Assembly (NCBI GenBank): GCA_965261085.1
Contig: OZ253442.1
Span: forward strand, 896,001 to 960,000
From: a bacterium
GTDB taxonomy: Bacteria > UBA8248
Direction: 5' to 3'
Length of the DNA: 64,000 nucleotides
Shown: positions 21,251 to 30,590 of the stretch, piece after piece
Numbering within the stretch: the stretch's first letter is position 1
Layout of the letters: each line of letters opens with the position of its first letter
Translations under genes and position numbers: made by a program
The notes under the pieces: model-generated
Database searches by the model: none
Told to the model about the DNA's origin: nothing
The model's input: the letters and a program-made list of their open reading frames with translations, nothing else

Positions 21251-21544
21251 CCGCATCTCCTTTATATACCGGCGCCGTTGCTTCCAGGCGCGCATCGCTT
21301 CATGTCCAGGGTAGGGCCAGTATAATCGTTTCAGGAGAAAAATACATGGGAAGCCTATCCCTCGACCGACTTCCCACATCAACCGCGGTGGCGTTCACCG
21401 CGACCCGGGTTGTGTAGATTTCCGTCGTCTTCAAATCGGACCTTTCATCCACCATGCGCCGCAAACGCCTAAGGCTGAGGTGAACAAACCCCCCCGTTCG
21501 GGCTAAGATGCAGCCATCGTCCAGATTTTTTGAACGGGAAACTC

Positions 21545-23569
21545 ATGAGCCAGGAATCATTTATGGGGGAAATCGACCCCATATCCTTAGAAGTCATCAA
21601 CGAATCCTTCGTCGCCGTCGTCCGGGAAATGCGGGCGAACATGGTGCGGACGGCGTATTCCTCCATCATCTACGAGGGGCACGATTTCTCCTGCGTGCTC
21701 GTGGACGGTGCGGGGCAACTCGTCGCCATGGCGGAGGACAACCCCGTCCACATCTTCCCCGTTCCCATGGAAGTCGCCCAGATGATTGAGCGCTTCGGGG
21801 GTGACATCCACCCGGGCGACGTATTCATCCACAACGACCCCTATACGGGCGGAACGCACTTGAACGACGTGGCGATCATCTCGCCTCTGTTCGATGGCGA
21901 GCAAATGGCTATCTACCCCGTCGTCCGCGCGCACTGGGGCGACGTGGGCGGCACGACGCCGGGGAGCATTTCAGGGAAAAACACCGAAATTCTCCACGAC
22001 GGGGTGCGCATCCCCATATTGCGGATCATCGAGAAGGGAAAGATCAACCAGGGCGTTCTCGACCTCCTGCTTCACAACATGCGGGTTCCGGACGAGAGGC
22101 GGGGGGATTTCTTCGCTATGCTGGCCACCTGCCACACGGCCCACAAACGGCTGGAGGAGTTGGCGGCGAAATACGGCTGGGGCGTCATACTCGCCGCGAA
22201 GGATCGCCTGCTCGATCGCGCCGAAGCCTCCATGCGGCGCAGAATCGCCGCCCTGCCCGAGGGAGAATCCATCTATGAGCATTTCATGGATCACGACGGG
22301 CATTCCCTCGAGCCGATACGCATCCGGGTGCGGGTCGAGAAAACGGGCGATGAGTTGATAGTCGATTTTCACGGAACCGACCCGCAGACGAAAGGAGCCT
22401 ATAACGTAGGTCCCGCCATGGCTCCATCGGCCGCCTTCAGCGTCATCAAGGCGTTCTTCGATCCCAAGGGCGCGATCAACCACGGGGCCTTTCGTCCGCT
22501 CGCCATCCGGGTAGAGCCCGGCTCCCTGCTTTCGGCGCGATACCCTGCGAGTTGCGCGGGCTCGATGGAGGTGAGCCACGCCGTGGTCTCGGCTCTTATC
22601 GGCGCCACCGCGCGCTTTGCGTCGGATGTTGTGACGGGCGATTTGAAGGGCACTTCGAACCACGTCTACATCGGCGGGAGGGACGCGCAAAGCGGCAAAC
22701 CCTTCCTGTTCTACGAGTTTCCGGCGGGAGGCACGGGTGGATTTGCGGAGAGCGACGGCAACAACGCGACGCGGAACTTCACGGAAGGGGATTTCGCCTC
22801 GATCCAATCGGTGGAGGTCATCGAGCAGGGCCAGCCCTTGAAGATTCGGGAACTCTCCCTGCGCGCGGATTCGGGCGGGGCCGGCGCTCATAGAGGCGGG
22901 CTGGGCCTTCACCGCGAGGTGGAGGTGCTGGCGGAGAGCGCGCTCCTCTCGATCTCCTCGGATAAGAACGTGATCCCGCCCTTCGGGGTGCTCGGAGGCG
23001 GACCGGGAAAGCCCAATCGCTTCGTCGTCGAAAGGGGTGATGAGACTCTGGCGCCTTCTGAAACCCCTGGCAAGGCGGCGGGTTTTCCGCTTGGGAGAGG
23101 AGACGTGCTCGTTGTGGAGACATCCGGCGGAGGCGGCTATGGCGATCCGTTCAAGCGGGAGCCCGAGTCGGTTCTCGCCGACGTGCGTGCGGGTTACGTG
23201 ACTGAAGAGGGGGCGAGACGCGATTACGCCGTCATCGTGCAAGACGGCGTCCTGAATGATGAGGCGACGCGCGCGCACAGGCAGGCCGCCCGCGCGACAA
23301 GACGCGCGCTGAGGCTCGTTCTCACCGATGAAAAAAACCGGGCGGATTCTCGCCGCAGGTGTTATATGAATCCGGCGACGCTTGCGGGGCGGAATCTTAA
23401 GCAAGGGGATTTGGTCGAATTGCGCGGAAAATGGGGGGTGCCGCTCCGCGCGTGGACCGAAGAGGATGCGGACGTGCCCGAGAACGCGGTGGGTCTGGAT
23501 AAGGACGGGGTGGCCATACTCGCCGCCGAGGAGGGAGATGCAGTCTTTCTGTCTCCCGTGAGCGTGTGA
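21545..23569 (+). CDS. Hydantoinase B/5-oxoprolinase subunit with C-terminal extension
   Basis: EM...RTAYS, DFSC, NDPYTGGTHLND, HWGDVGG..PGS, DSGGAG..RGG, GGGGYGDP. Confidence 0.93.
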   Translation: MSQESFMGEIDPISLEVINESFVAVVREMRANMVRTAYSSIIYEGHDFSCVLVDGAGQLVAMAEDNPVHIFPVPMEVAQMIERFGGDIHPGDVFIHNDPYTGGTHLNDVAIISPLFDGEQMAIYPVVRAHWGDVGGTTPGSISGKNTEILHDGVRIPILRIIEKGKINQGVLDLLLHNMRVPDERRGDFFAMLATCHTAHKRLEELAAKYGWGVILAAKDRLLDRAEASMRRRIAALPEGESIYEHFMDHDGHSLEPIRIRVRVEKTGDELIVDFHGTDPQTKGAYNVGPAMAPSAAFSVIKAFFDPKGAINHGAFRPLAIRVEPGSLLSARYPASCAGSMEVSHAVVSALIGATARFASDVVTGDLKGTSNHVYIGGRDAQSGKPFLFYEFPAGGTGGFAESDGNNATRNFTEGDFASIQSVEVIEQGQPLKIRELSLRADSGGAGAHRGGLGLHREVEVLAESALLSISSDKNVIPPFGVLGGGPGKPNRFVVERGDETLAPSETPGKAAGFPLGRGDVLVVETSGGGGYGDPFKREPESVLADVRAGYVTEEGARRDYAVIVQDGVLNDEATRAHRQAARATRRALRLVLTDEKNRADSRRRCYMNPATLAGRNLKQGDLVELRGKWGVPLRAWTEEDADVPENAVGLDKDGVAILAAEEGDAVFLSPVSV

Positions 23570-23620
23570 GCGGGTTCTTTGATTTTGGAAATTTTACGCC
23601 GAACCGGCGAAGATGACTTG

Positions 23621-24190
23621 TTATCTTGCGAGCAGGACTCGCAAGGCTTCCGTCGATTCCCTGCTTTGCGCCACGGTTTCCCGTAGCGCTTCTCTAGACT
23701 CTCGGTCTTGTTCTCTGCCTGCCGCGATAAACTCTTTGAAAGCCGCCCGAGATTCCTTATTTTCTTCGATGAACTCTCTGAAAGCCGCCCTTGATTCCCC
23801 GTTCTCTTCGATGAGTTCTCTCAGGGCTTCCCTGGATTCACTGCGTTCTTTTCTGCCTTCCTCGATGAGTTCTCTCAGGGCTTCGCTGGATTCACTGCGT
23901 TCTTTTCTGCCTTCCTCGATGAGTTCCCTGAAACCATCCCTGAAAGCCGCCCTGGACTCCTTGCCTTCCTCGATTGACTCTCTAAGATTTGCCCTGGATT
24001 CCCTGCCTTCCTCAATGAGTTCTCTTAGCGCCACGGAATTCTCGTCCTGCTGTTTCGAGCGGACTCTGTTCCCCCAGAGCATCGCGGCGATTCCGCTGCC
24101 TATCAGGAGACATTGCAGCCCTCCGACACTGGCGACAACCCAGATATTCAATTCCATTAACGCTAATGTCGCTGCTTGAAATTCCGTCAT
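23621..24190 (-). CDS. Membrane-anchored tandem-repeat coiled-coil protein, unknown function
   Basis: Hydrophobic N-terminal segment, then about 9 repeats of (A/N)(L/F)RE(L/F)IEE(G/N)..ESR, 14 or 18 aa long. Confidence 0.75.
   Translation of the reverse strand: MTEFQAATLALMELNIWVVASVGGLQCLLIGSGIAAMLWGNRVRSKQQDENSVALRELIEEGRESRANLRESIEEGKESRAAFRDGFRELIEEGRKERSESSEALRELIEEGRKERSESREALRELIEENGESRAAFREFIEENKESRAAFKEFIAAGREQDRESREALRETVAQSRESTEALRVLLAR
23690..24030 (-). repeat. Intragenic 42/54-bp tandem repeats
   Basis: 41 identical nt at 23832-23872 and 23886-23926 (54-bp offset); further degenerate 42-bp units. Confidence 0.9.
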
Positions 24191-24472
24191 TTCCCCACGC
24201 ACTCCTTAAGGACTAGGACATGAACTCGGGTCCTCTGGAACGCTAGTACATTAAAATCATATCGTTTTGCAGCGATTTCCTCAACTTGGTCCAAGCGCAT
24301 TCGAGCATCATATTCCACCGGAAAATCCAGCTTGAGCGCGAGCAATTCCCCAAAGAACCTTTGGGTAACCGACGAACCAATGTATCATCGCCCTTTGCGT
24401 TTTCTAAAATGGGTTCGCGAGTCGCCATGAGTGCGTTTTTCTTTATATGACGATGAAAGGAAGGCCGTTTCG

Positions 24473-26497
24473 TTGAGTCTCGTCGGCATAGACACCGGAG
24501 GAACCTTCACCGACCTCGTTTTCTACGATGAAGACGAGAAGCGGATAGAAGTCTCCAAGACTCCCACGCTTCGGGGGAAAGAAGACACGGTCTTTCTCGA
24601 GGGAATCGAGAGTCTCGACCTCTCCGCCATCGAGCGGATCACGCACGGCACCACCGTCGGCACCAACGCGATACTGGAAGGCGCGGGCGCGCGCGCGGCG
24701 ATTCTGACGACGCGCGGTTTTCGCGACGTTCTGGAAATCGGCCGGACGCAGCGCCTCGTGCCCCAGAGCCTCTTCGACCCAAAATTCGTTCGACCCCGGC
24801 CTATCGTCCCCAGAGAGTTGCGGCTCGAAATCGAAGAGCGCGCCCTGGCCGATGGGCGGATAGAAGTCCGCGTGGAAGAAGCGGAGGTCGAGGAGCAGGC
24901 TGAACACTTGAAGCGCCTGGGTGCGCAAGCCGTCGCCATCTGCTATCTGCACGCCTACGCCAACGGGGAGAACGAAAGGCGCACGGCGGAGTATCTGGAG
25001 AAAATGCTGCCGGGGGTGTATCTCTCCCTATCCCATGAGGTCGTGCCCGAATACCGCGAATTCGAGCGTTTCTCCACGGCGGCCTTGAACGCCTATCTCG
25101 GCCCCAAGATAAGAAACTATGTGAGTCTTCTGGAAGGAGCGCTTCGCGAGAAAGGGTGCCGCGCGCCCCTTTTCATCATGGCTTCGAACGGCGGGATGCT
25201 CGACGCCGGGCGGGCGACGCAGTTCCCCGTACGCACGATTCTCTCAGGCCCTGCGGGCGGCGTCGTGGGCGGAGTGTCGGTTGCCGAATCGCTGGGTCTT
25301 GCTCACCTCATCACTTACGACATGGGCGGCACCAGTACGGACGTATGCCTCATTCGCGATCGCAGGCCCATCGTCAGCACGAGCAACCTCATCGGCGCCT
25401 ATCCGCTCAAGACTTCGCAACTCCAGATCAACACCGTGGGCGCGGGCGGGGGGAGCATCGCCTGGCGTGATGAAGACGGCGCGCTGCACGTGGGTCCAAA
25501 GAGCGCGGGCGCGCGCCCGGGGCCTGCGTGCTACGGATTCGGCGGCGAGGAGCCGACGGTGACGGACGCGAACGTCGTGCTCTCGCGCATCGGCCCCCGC
25601 ACCCTCCTGGCCGGGGGGATGAAGCTCCATCCCGAAAAGGCGCGGAGCGCTCTCGGGGCCTTGGCCGGTGAACTGGGGGTCGGCGACGCGGTTTCGATGG
25701 CGCGCGGGGTGATCGACCTCGCCGTAATGAGGATGGTGAGCTCGATTCGTGAGATTTCCATCGAGCGCGGCTTCGACCCGAGAGAACACACCCTGCTCGC
25801 CTACGGGGGCGCGGGGCCGTTGCACGCGGCCTTGATTGCAAGAGAACTCTCCATGTCGAGCGTCGTGGTGCCGCGCTTTCCGGGGAATTTTTCCGCCGTC
25901 GGCCTTCTGATGGCGGACGTGGTGCAGGAGAGCGTCGGGACGTGTTTCGTCGCTTTGGAAAACGCGGAACAAAGCGCCCTCGAACGCATTCTTAAAGATT
26001 TGACGGCGCCTTGCGCGAGCCGTCTGCGCGCCGCCGGGTTGGATGGGATTCAAACGCTGCGCTCTGCCGACGTCCGCTACGTCGGACAGGCGTTCGAGCT
26101 CACGATTCCGGTTTCTGAAACCCCCGGCTGGCTGAAAGCCTTGGGCGGTGAGTTCCACGCGCGCTACGAGGCGCGCTACGGGCATTGCCATCCCGGCGAT
26201 CCGCTCGAGATCGTGAACCTGCGGGTGCGTGTCTCGGGGCTGGTGGATAAGCTCAAGTGGGTGAAATTAGAGAAGCGCGCAGGCGGGCTGGATGACGCGC
26301 TGGTGGAGAGAAGAAGCGTCGTTTTTGAGAATAATGTTCCCGATTGTCCCGTCTACAGGCGCGATTCCCTACCGGTTGACCTGGAAATTCACGGGCCTGC
26401 GGTCATCGAGGAATACGGCTCGAACACCCTGGTTCCTCCCGGCTGGCTCGTGCGCCTGGACGCACAAGGTCATCTTCACTTAAGCGCATCGAGTTGA
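24473..26497 (+). CDS. Hydantoinase A/5-oxoprolinase ATP-dependent subunit
   Basis: GIDTGGTFTD, HGTTVGTNA, SGPAGG, DMGGTSTD, GAGGGS, SAGARPGPACYG; likely TTG start after AGGAAGG. Confidence 0.93.
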   Translation: MSLVGIDTGGTFTDLVFYDEDEKRIEVSKTPTLRGKEDTVFLEGIESLDLSAIERITHGTTVGTNAILEGAGARAAILTTRGFRDVLEIGRTQRLVPQSLFDPKFVRPRPIVPRELRLEIEERALADGRIEVRVEEAEVEEQAEHLKRLGAQAVAICYLHAYANGENERRTAEYLEKMLPGVYLSLSHEVVPEYREFERFSTAALNAYLGPKIRNYVSLLEGALREKGCRAPLFIMASNGGMLDAGRATQFPVRTILSGPAGGVVGGVSVAESLGLAHLITYDMGGTSTDVCLIRDRRPIVSTSNLIGAYPLKTSQLQINTVGAGGGSIAWRDEDGALHVGPKSAGARPGPACYGFGGEEPTVTDANVVLSRIGPRTLLAGGMKLHPEKARSALGALAGELGVGDAVSMARGVIDLAVMRMVSSIREISIERGFDPREHTLLAYGGAGPLHAALIARELSMSSVVVPRFPGNFSAVGLLMADVVQESVGTCFVALENAEQSALERILKDLTAPCASRLRAAGLDGIQTLRSADVRYVGQAFELTIPVSETPGWLKALGGEFHARYEARYGHCHPGDPLEIVNLRVRVSGLVDKLKWVKLEKRAGGLDDALVERRSVVFENNVPDCPVYRRDSLPVDLEIHGPAVIEEYGSNTLVPPGWLVRLDAQGHLHLSASS

Positions 26498-26572
26498 TTT
26501 ATCTTAGGGGATTATAAACATCACTCGACAGCGGGATTCCGAGCTTTGGATTCGAAAGGGAACGATGTATTC

Positions 26573-26992
26573 ACTCCCCCTTGGAGGGGGTTGTTGAAAA
26601 AGCCCCCAAAGGAAAAATGCCTGCGGCGCATAATATCTCCCTCCCCCTGAGCAACTCGCCGCTCCGCCTCACCCTGAGTAGCGGCGAAGCCGCGTATCGA
26701 AGGGCGAAGTTCGCACCTGTGGGGGGAGACGCGCCCTCCCATCCTTCGATACGGCGCATGCGCGCCTACTCAGGATGAGGTCGATACGGTGGCCATGCAA
26801 GACGAGGGAAACGCGCTTGCTCCCTGGACCAGGTTTTTCAAAAACCCTTGGAGGGGGAGTCGGCAAGGTAAGGGCGAAGCCCGCAACCGCGCCGGTGGGG
26901 AGCAGGTTCTCCTCACTTGAAATCCATCCCCCCACCGCATCAGCCTTCGCCCACAGGGCTTGGCTTCTGCGACTCCCCCTCAAGGGGGGAGT
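26573..26992. repeat. ACTCCCCC(T)TGAGGGGGAGT-bounded REPIN-like element, interrupted by a MITE
   Basis: Inverted pair of palindromes about 165 bp apart after removing the insert; other copies at 30046-30213, 59511-59660, 61958-62128; partial at about 33820-33884 and 37303-37349. Confidence 0.85.
26587..26848. mobile_element. MITE with IS1182-like ends, carrying a CGTC-type REP pair
   Basis: GGGGTTGTTGAAAAA ... TTTTTCAAAAACCCT; 5-bp direct repeat TGGAG (26582-26586, 26849-26853); internal inverted pair 26667-26704 / 26742-26780. Confidence 0.8.
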
Positions 26993-27012
26993 GAGAAAAA
27001 CCCAAGCATAGG

Positions 27013-27202
27013 GGAGTTGTTGAAAAAGTCTCGATTTCAGGGGGTAGAGGGGACACCCCTCTCGATTGGAAAAGCAACCCCCCTGTCCCCCCTTGTCAGG
27101 GGGGTAAAAGCGATGCCCCCCGACGAGGGGGTGGAAGAAAAGCCCCCCTGACAAGGGGGGTTGGGGGGTTACTACTTCGACGAGGACTTTTTCAACAGCC
27201 CC
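27013..27202. mobile_element. MITE with IS1182-like ends, carrying a CCCCCCTTGTCAGGGGGG repeat pair
   Basis: GGAGTTGTTGAAAAAGTC ... GACTTTTTCAACAGCCCC; flanks ATAGG/ATAAG (4/5). Confidence 0.78.
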
Positions 27203-27318
27203 ATAAGGGAGTGGTATTGGAGAGGGGTTTATGGATTAAATTGCTAGATTACTTATGAATTGACTAGCTAGAAGAAGTCGTCAACTCAAGTATATAATTC
27301 CATACCTTAAGGGTTCCC

Positions 27319-28284
27319 ATGAACGAGACGGTGAAATACGGATACGGCTACGGGATGCAGCCCGGCGAAGTCCCTTGCCACTCCGATTTTCTGGGCTTCA
27401 TCGAAAAGGTGGAACGTGCGGGTTTCGATTCTTTCTGGCTGGATGATCACATCGCGTTTCGCGGTAATTTCCTCGAAAGCCTCGCCGCTCTCGCCGCCGC
27501 TGCGGCCAGAACCGAGCGCATCGTTCTCGGCAGCCTCGTCTATTTGCTGCCGCTCAGGCGGCCCGCCATCGCCGCGCAGGCGGCGGCCACGGTGGATTAC
27601 CTGAGCGGAGGCGGGCGCTTCATCTTCGGCGTAGGCGTAGGAGGCGAGGAGGCCCGGGAGTTCGAGGTTTGCGGCGTGCCCAAGACCGAGCGCGGCGCGC
27701 GCACGGATGAGGCCATCGAGGTCTTGCGCAAGCTATGGTCGGGCGAGGCGGTGAGTCACGAGGGAGAATTCTTTCGTTTTTCAAATGCGCGGCAAAGCCC
27801 TCCGCCACCGAGCGCGGGCGGCCCGCCGATCTGGGTGGGCGGCAGGAGCGAGGCCGCCCAAAGGCGCGCCGCTTTGCTCGCGGACGGCTACGCGCCTTAT
27901 CTTTTTTCCCCGTCGCGCTACGAGATGGGGGTGGAGTTCATTCGCCGCTGCGCCTCAGAACATGGGAGGGACCTGGACGATCCGCAAAAGCCGTGGACGC
28001 CCGCGCTTCACCTGTTCGTGAACCTGCGCGAAAACGAGGACGAAGCCCTCGATGATGGTGCAGAAAATCTCTCGATGCGGTATGGGATGGATATGCGCGA
28101 AGCGGCGAAAAGGTATTTGCTCCACGGCTCCGTGGAGCGTTGCGCCGAGAGAATCCAAGGGTTCTGGAAGGCGGGGGTTCGGCATTTCATCTTCAAGGTG
28201 GCCGCACCCGCTGGTGAGGAAGTGGAGCACATGTTGAGACTAGCTCAAGAACTCTTGCCCGAGGTCAGGCGCCATGTCGGCTGA
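27319..28284 (+). CDS. Luciferase-like (LLM) flavin-dependent oxidoreductase
   Basis: GFDSFWLDDH, ATVDYLSGGGRFIFGVGVG, PPIWVGG. Confidence 0.92.
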   Translation: MNETVKYGYGYGMQPGEVPCHSDFLGFIEKVERAGFDSFWLDDHIAFRGNFLESLAALAAAAARTERIVLGSLVYLLPLRRPAIAAQAAATVDYLSGGGRFIFGVGVGGEEAREFEVCGVPKTERGARTDEAIEVLRKLWSGEAVSHEGEFFRFSNARQSPPPPSAGGPPIWVGGRSEAAQRRAALLADGYAPYLFSPSRYEMGVEFIRRCASEHGRDLDDPQKPWTPALHLFVNLRENEDEALDDGAENLSMRYGMDMREAAKRYLLHGSVERCAERIQGFWKAGVRHFIFKVAAPAGEEVEHMLRLAQELLPEVRRHVG

Positions 28285-29944
28285 GGCGAGTGGACACGTC
28301 GATACCTTCGCGCGGGATAATCTTCCCCCGAAGTCCCTGTGGCCGGAAATGGACTACGGCGTCCTGCCGGAGCTTGCGGCCTATCCCTCCCGCATCAACG
28401 CGGGCGCCGTGCTCATTGACGAGATGGCCCAAGGCGCGCAGGCCGAACGGCCCGCGATTTATTACGGCGAGGCTCTTTGGAGTTATCGCACGCTTTTGGA
28501 AAACGCCAACCGCATCGCCTCGGTGATGACGGATCGCTTCGGCCTCGTGCCCGGAGGGCGCGTGCTCGTCCGCTCATCGAACCACCCGACCCTCGTGGCC
28601 GCTTGTCTGGGCGTTTTGAAGGCGGGCGGCGTGGTGATTCCCACGATGCCGGTGATGCGCGAGCGCGAACTGGCCTACGTGCTCGATAAAGCCAGGGTCG
28701 GTTTCGCGATTTGCGACGCCCGTTTGAGCGCCGATTTGCTCGTCGCCGCAAAGGCCTCCAAATCCCTTGAAAACGTCGTTCTCTTCGGCTCGGACGAACC
28801 GGACGGCCTCGAAGCCTTGATGGCCGAAGCCTCACCAGAATTCCGAAACGCCGATACGGCGGCGGACGACGTTGCGCTCATAGGTTTCACCTCGGGTTCT
28901 ACCGGAACGCCCAAGGGCACGGTGCATTTTCACCGGGATCTGCTCGCCGTCGCGGATACGTTTCCCAAATACCTCTTCGGCCTGACTCCTGATGACGTCG
29001 TTTGCGGCAGCCCGCAGATAGCTTTTTTGTACGGGTTTTGCGCCTTCGTCACCGACGCCTTGCGGTTCGGCGCCTCCTCGGTTCTGCTCGAGCGGGGAAC
29101 CCCGCGCGATCTTCTGGAGGCCATCGAGGGGTACGAGGCGACGGTGTGCTTCAGCACGCCCTCCGGCTACAAGCAGATGCTCGACATCGCGGAAGGATAC
29201 GACCTCGGCAGCCTGCGCGCCTGCATCGCGGGAGGAGAGCTTCTTGAGCCTTCGGTGTTCAGGGGGTGGCGCGAGAGGACGGGGGTGGCGATCATCAACG
29301 GGCTGGGTATTTCGGAGCTTCTTCATATATTCATATCGGCGAGCGGCGAGGATATCCGCCCCGGAAAGATCGGCCGCGCGGCGCCCGGTTATCAGGTGCG
29401 CGTCGTGGACGATAACATGCGCGACACGGCCCCTGGCGAGGTGGGGCAGATGATCGTCAAGGGACCCACGGGGTGCCGGTATCTCGACGACCTGGAGCGC
29501 CAGCGGAAATACGTGCGAGACGGCTGGAACATGACGGGAGACCTTTGCCGCATGGATTCGGAGGGTTACATTTCCTTCGAGGCGCGAACCGACGACATGA
29601 TCAACACCGGGGGATACAACGTGTCGGGCCTGGAGGTGGAGGCCGTGTTGCTCGAACACCCCAGGGTGCGCGAGTGCGCGGTGGTCGGCTCGCCGAACTT
29701 AGAACGCGGAGAAATCGTCAAGGCGTTCGTCGTTCTCTCAGGAGACGCCGGCGCAGACTCCCCGCAGGCGCAGGGTGCGCTTGTCCGGGAGCTACAGGAT
29801 TTCGTGAAATCACAACTCGCACCCTATAAATACCCCAGAGCCGTGGAGTTTCTCGAAAGCCTGCCACTCACGGCCACGGGCAAGATACAAAGGGGCGCTT
29901 TGCGGAAACTCGAAAAAGAACGCGCGCAAGACGGGGGCTATTGA
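28274..29944 (+). CDS. AMP-forming aromatic acid-CoA ligase, 2-aminobenzoate-CoA-ligase-like
   Basis: HVDTFARDNLPP N-terminus, FTSGSTGTPKG, TGD, R.DDMI, YKYPR, TATGKIQR. Confidence 0.85.
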   Translation: MSAEASGHVDTFARDNLPPKSLWPEMDYGVLPELAAYPSRINAGAVLIDEMAQGAQAERPAIYYGEALWSYRTLLENANRIASVMTDRFGLVPGGRVLVRSSNHPTLVAACLGVLKAGGVVIPTMPVMRERELAYVLDKARVGFAICDARLSADLLVAAKASKSLENVVLFGSDEPDGLEALMAEASPEFRNADTAADDVALIGFTSGSTGTPKGTVHFHRDLLAVADTFPKYLFGLTPDDVVCGSPQIAFLYGFCAFVTDALRFGASSVLLERGTPRDLLEAIEGYEATVCFSTPSGYKQMLDIAEGYDLGSLRACIAGGELLEPSVFRGWRERTGVAIINGLGISELLHIFISASGEDIRPGKIGRAAPGYQVRVVDDNMRDTAPGEVGQMIVKGPTGCRYLDDLERQRKYVRDGWNMTGDLCRMDSEGYISFEARTDDMINTGGYNVSGLEVEAVLLEHPRVRECAVVGSPNLERGEIVKAFVVLSGDAGADSPQAQGALVRELQDFVKSQLAPYKYPRAVEFLESLPLTATGKIQRGALRKLEKERAQDGGY

Positions 29945-30330
29945 AAAAGCCCCATAAAACAGGAAATGGGTTTCTAAATCGACATACATTCATGAAATGA
30001 CTCCTCCCTTGAGGGTCATTGGCAACTGATGAAAGAGGAAGAACCACTCCCCCCTTGAGGGGGAGTCAGCAAGGCAAGGACGGAGTCCGCAGCCGCGCTG
30101 GTGGGGGGTGAATTTATTTTGTGGGGAAACCCATATTTTAGAACCATACCCCCCACCGACTCAGCCTTCGCACAAACCGCTCGGCTTCGTCGACTCCCCC
30201 TCAAGGGGGGAGTGGTTGTTGATCTCTCTCGTCGGTTGGCGAACAGCAATCGCTTCTTCATCAGTCGTGATTGACCTCCCCGGTCGGCTACATACGCCGA
30301 ATCACGAAATCAGGACTTTTTAACAGCTCC
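29934..30330. mobile_element. MITE with IS1182-like ends (same family as 59444-59728) with nested repeats
   Basis: GGGGCTATTGAAAAAGCCCC ... GGACTTTTTAACAGCTCC; subterminal sequence matches the 59444 copy at both ends. Confidence 0.78.
30247..30275 (+). repeat. 29-nt hairpin unit (type copy)
   Basis: CAATCGC-ttcttcatcagtc-GTGATTG-AC; see finding for other copies. Confidence 0.75.
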
Positions 30331-30590
30331 ATCCGGGGCGGATTGAGGTTCTGTGCTCTTTCGGCAGCCGCGCCGTCTGCTTCGTAAGTCTTCACGGTCA
30401 TACGGGGAATGCCGCACCGGCTCCCTGACTATTGCGGCGGCTTTGATAAACATGGTATTCTTTGCTCTCTTCATCATAAATTCATACAGTTTCTCTCGGT
30501 ATTGTCTTGTTCCGAGCAGGAGGAATCGAAGGAAAGCCATATCTTCCCGATACACTGAGTGCGCCCCGCCCTTGGGGCGTTGATGAGTCC

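Noticed and set aside
21971-23404. Long antisense ORFs (also 43074-44516, 51447-52724, 30474-31766, 12164-13240, 49183-50352)
   Set aside because: Shadow frames of well-supported GC-rich genes on the opposite strand
26521-27230. Short ORFs called across the repeat clusters (also 30016-30323, 33684-34122, 37067-37380, 59328-60140, 61561-62620)
   Set aside because: They are translations of palindromic repeats (PPLRGSR, VIPAKAGI-like peptides), with no RBS or coding bias evident
27260-27298. TTGAC-N15-GTCAA palindrome and TATAAT upstream of the LLM gene
   Set aside because: Plausible operator and -10 box, but the -35/-10 spacing is wrong and there is only one instance
30247-30275. 29-nt unit as an integron attC site
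   Set aside because: Too short, lacks RYYYAAC/GTTRRRY ends, and does not flank gene cassettes
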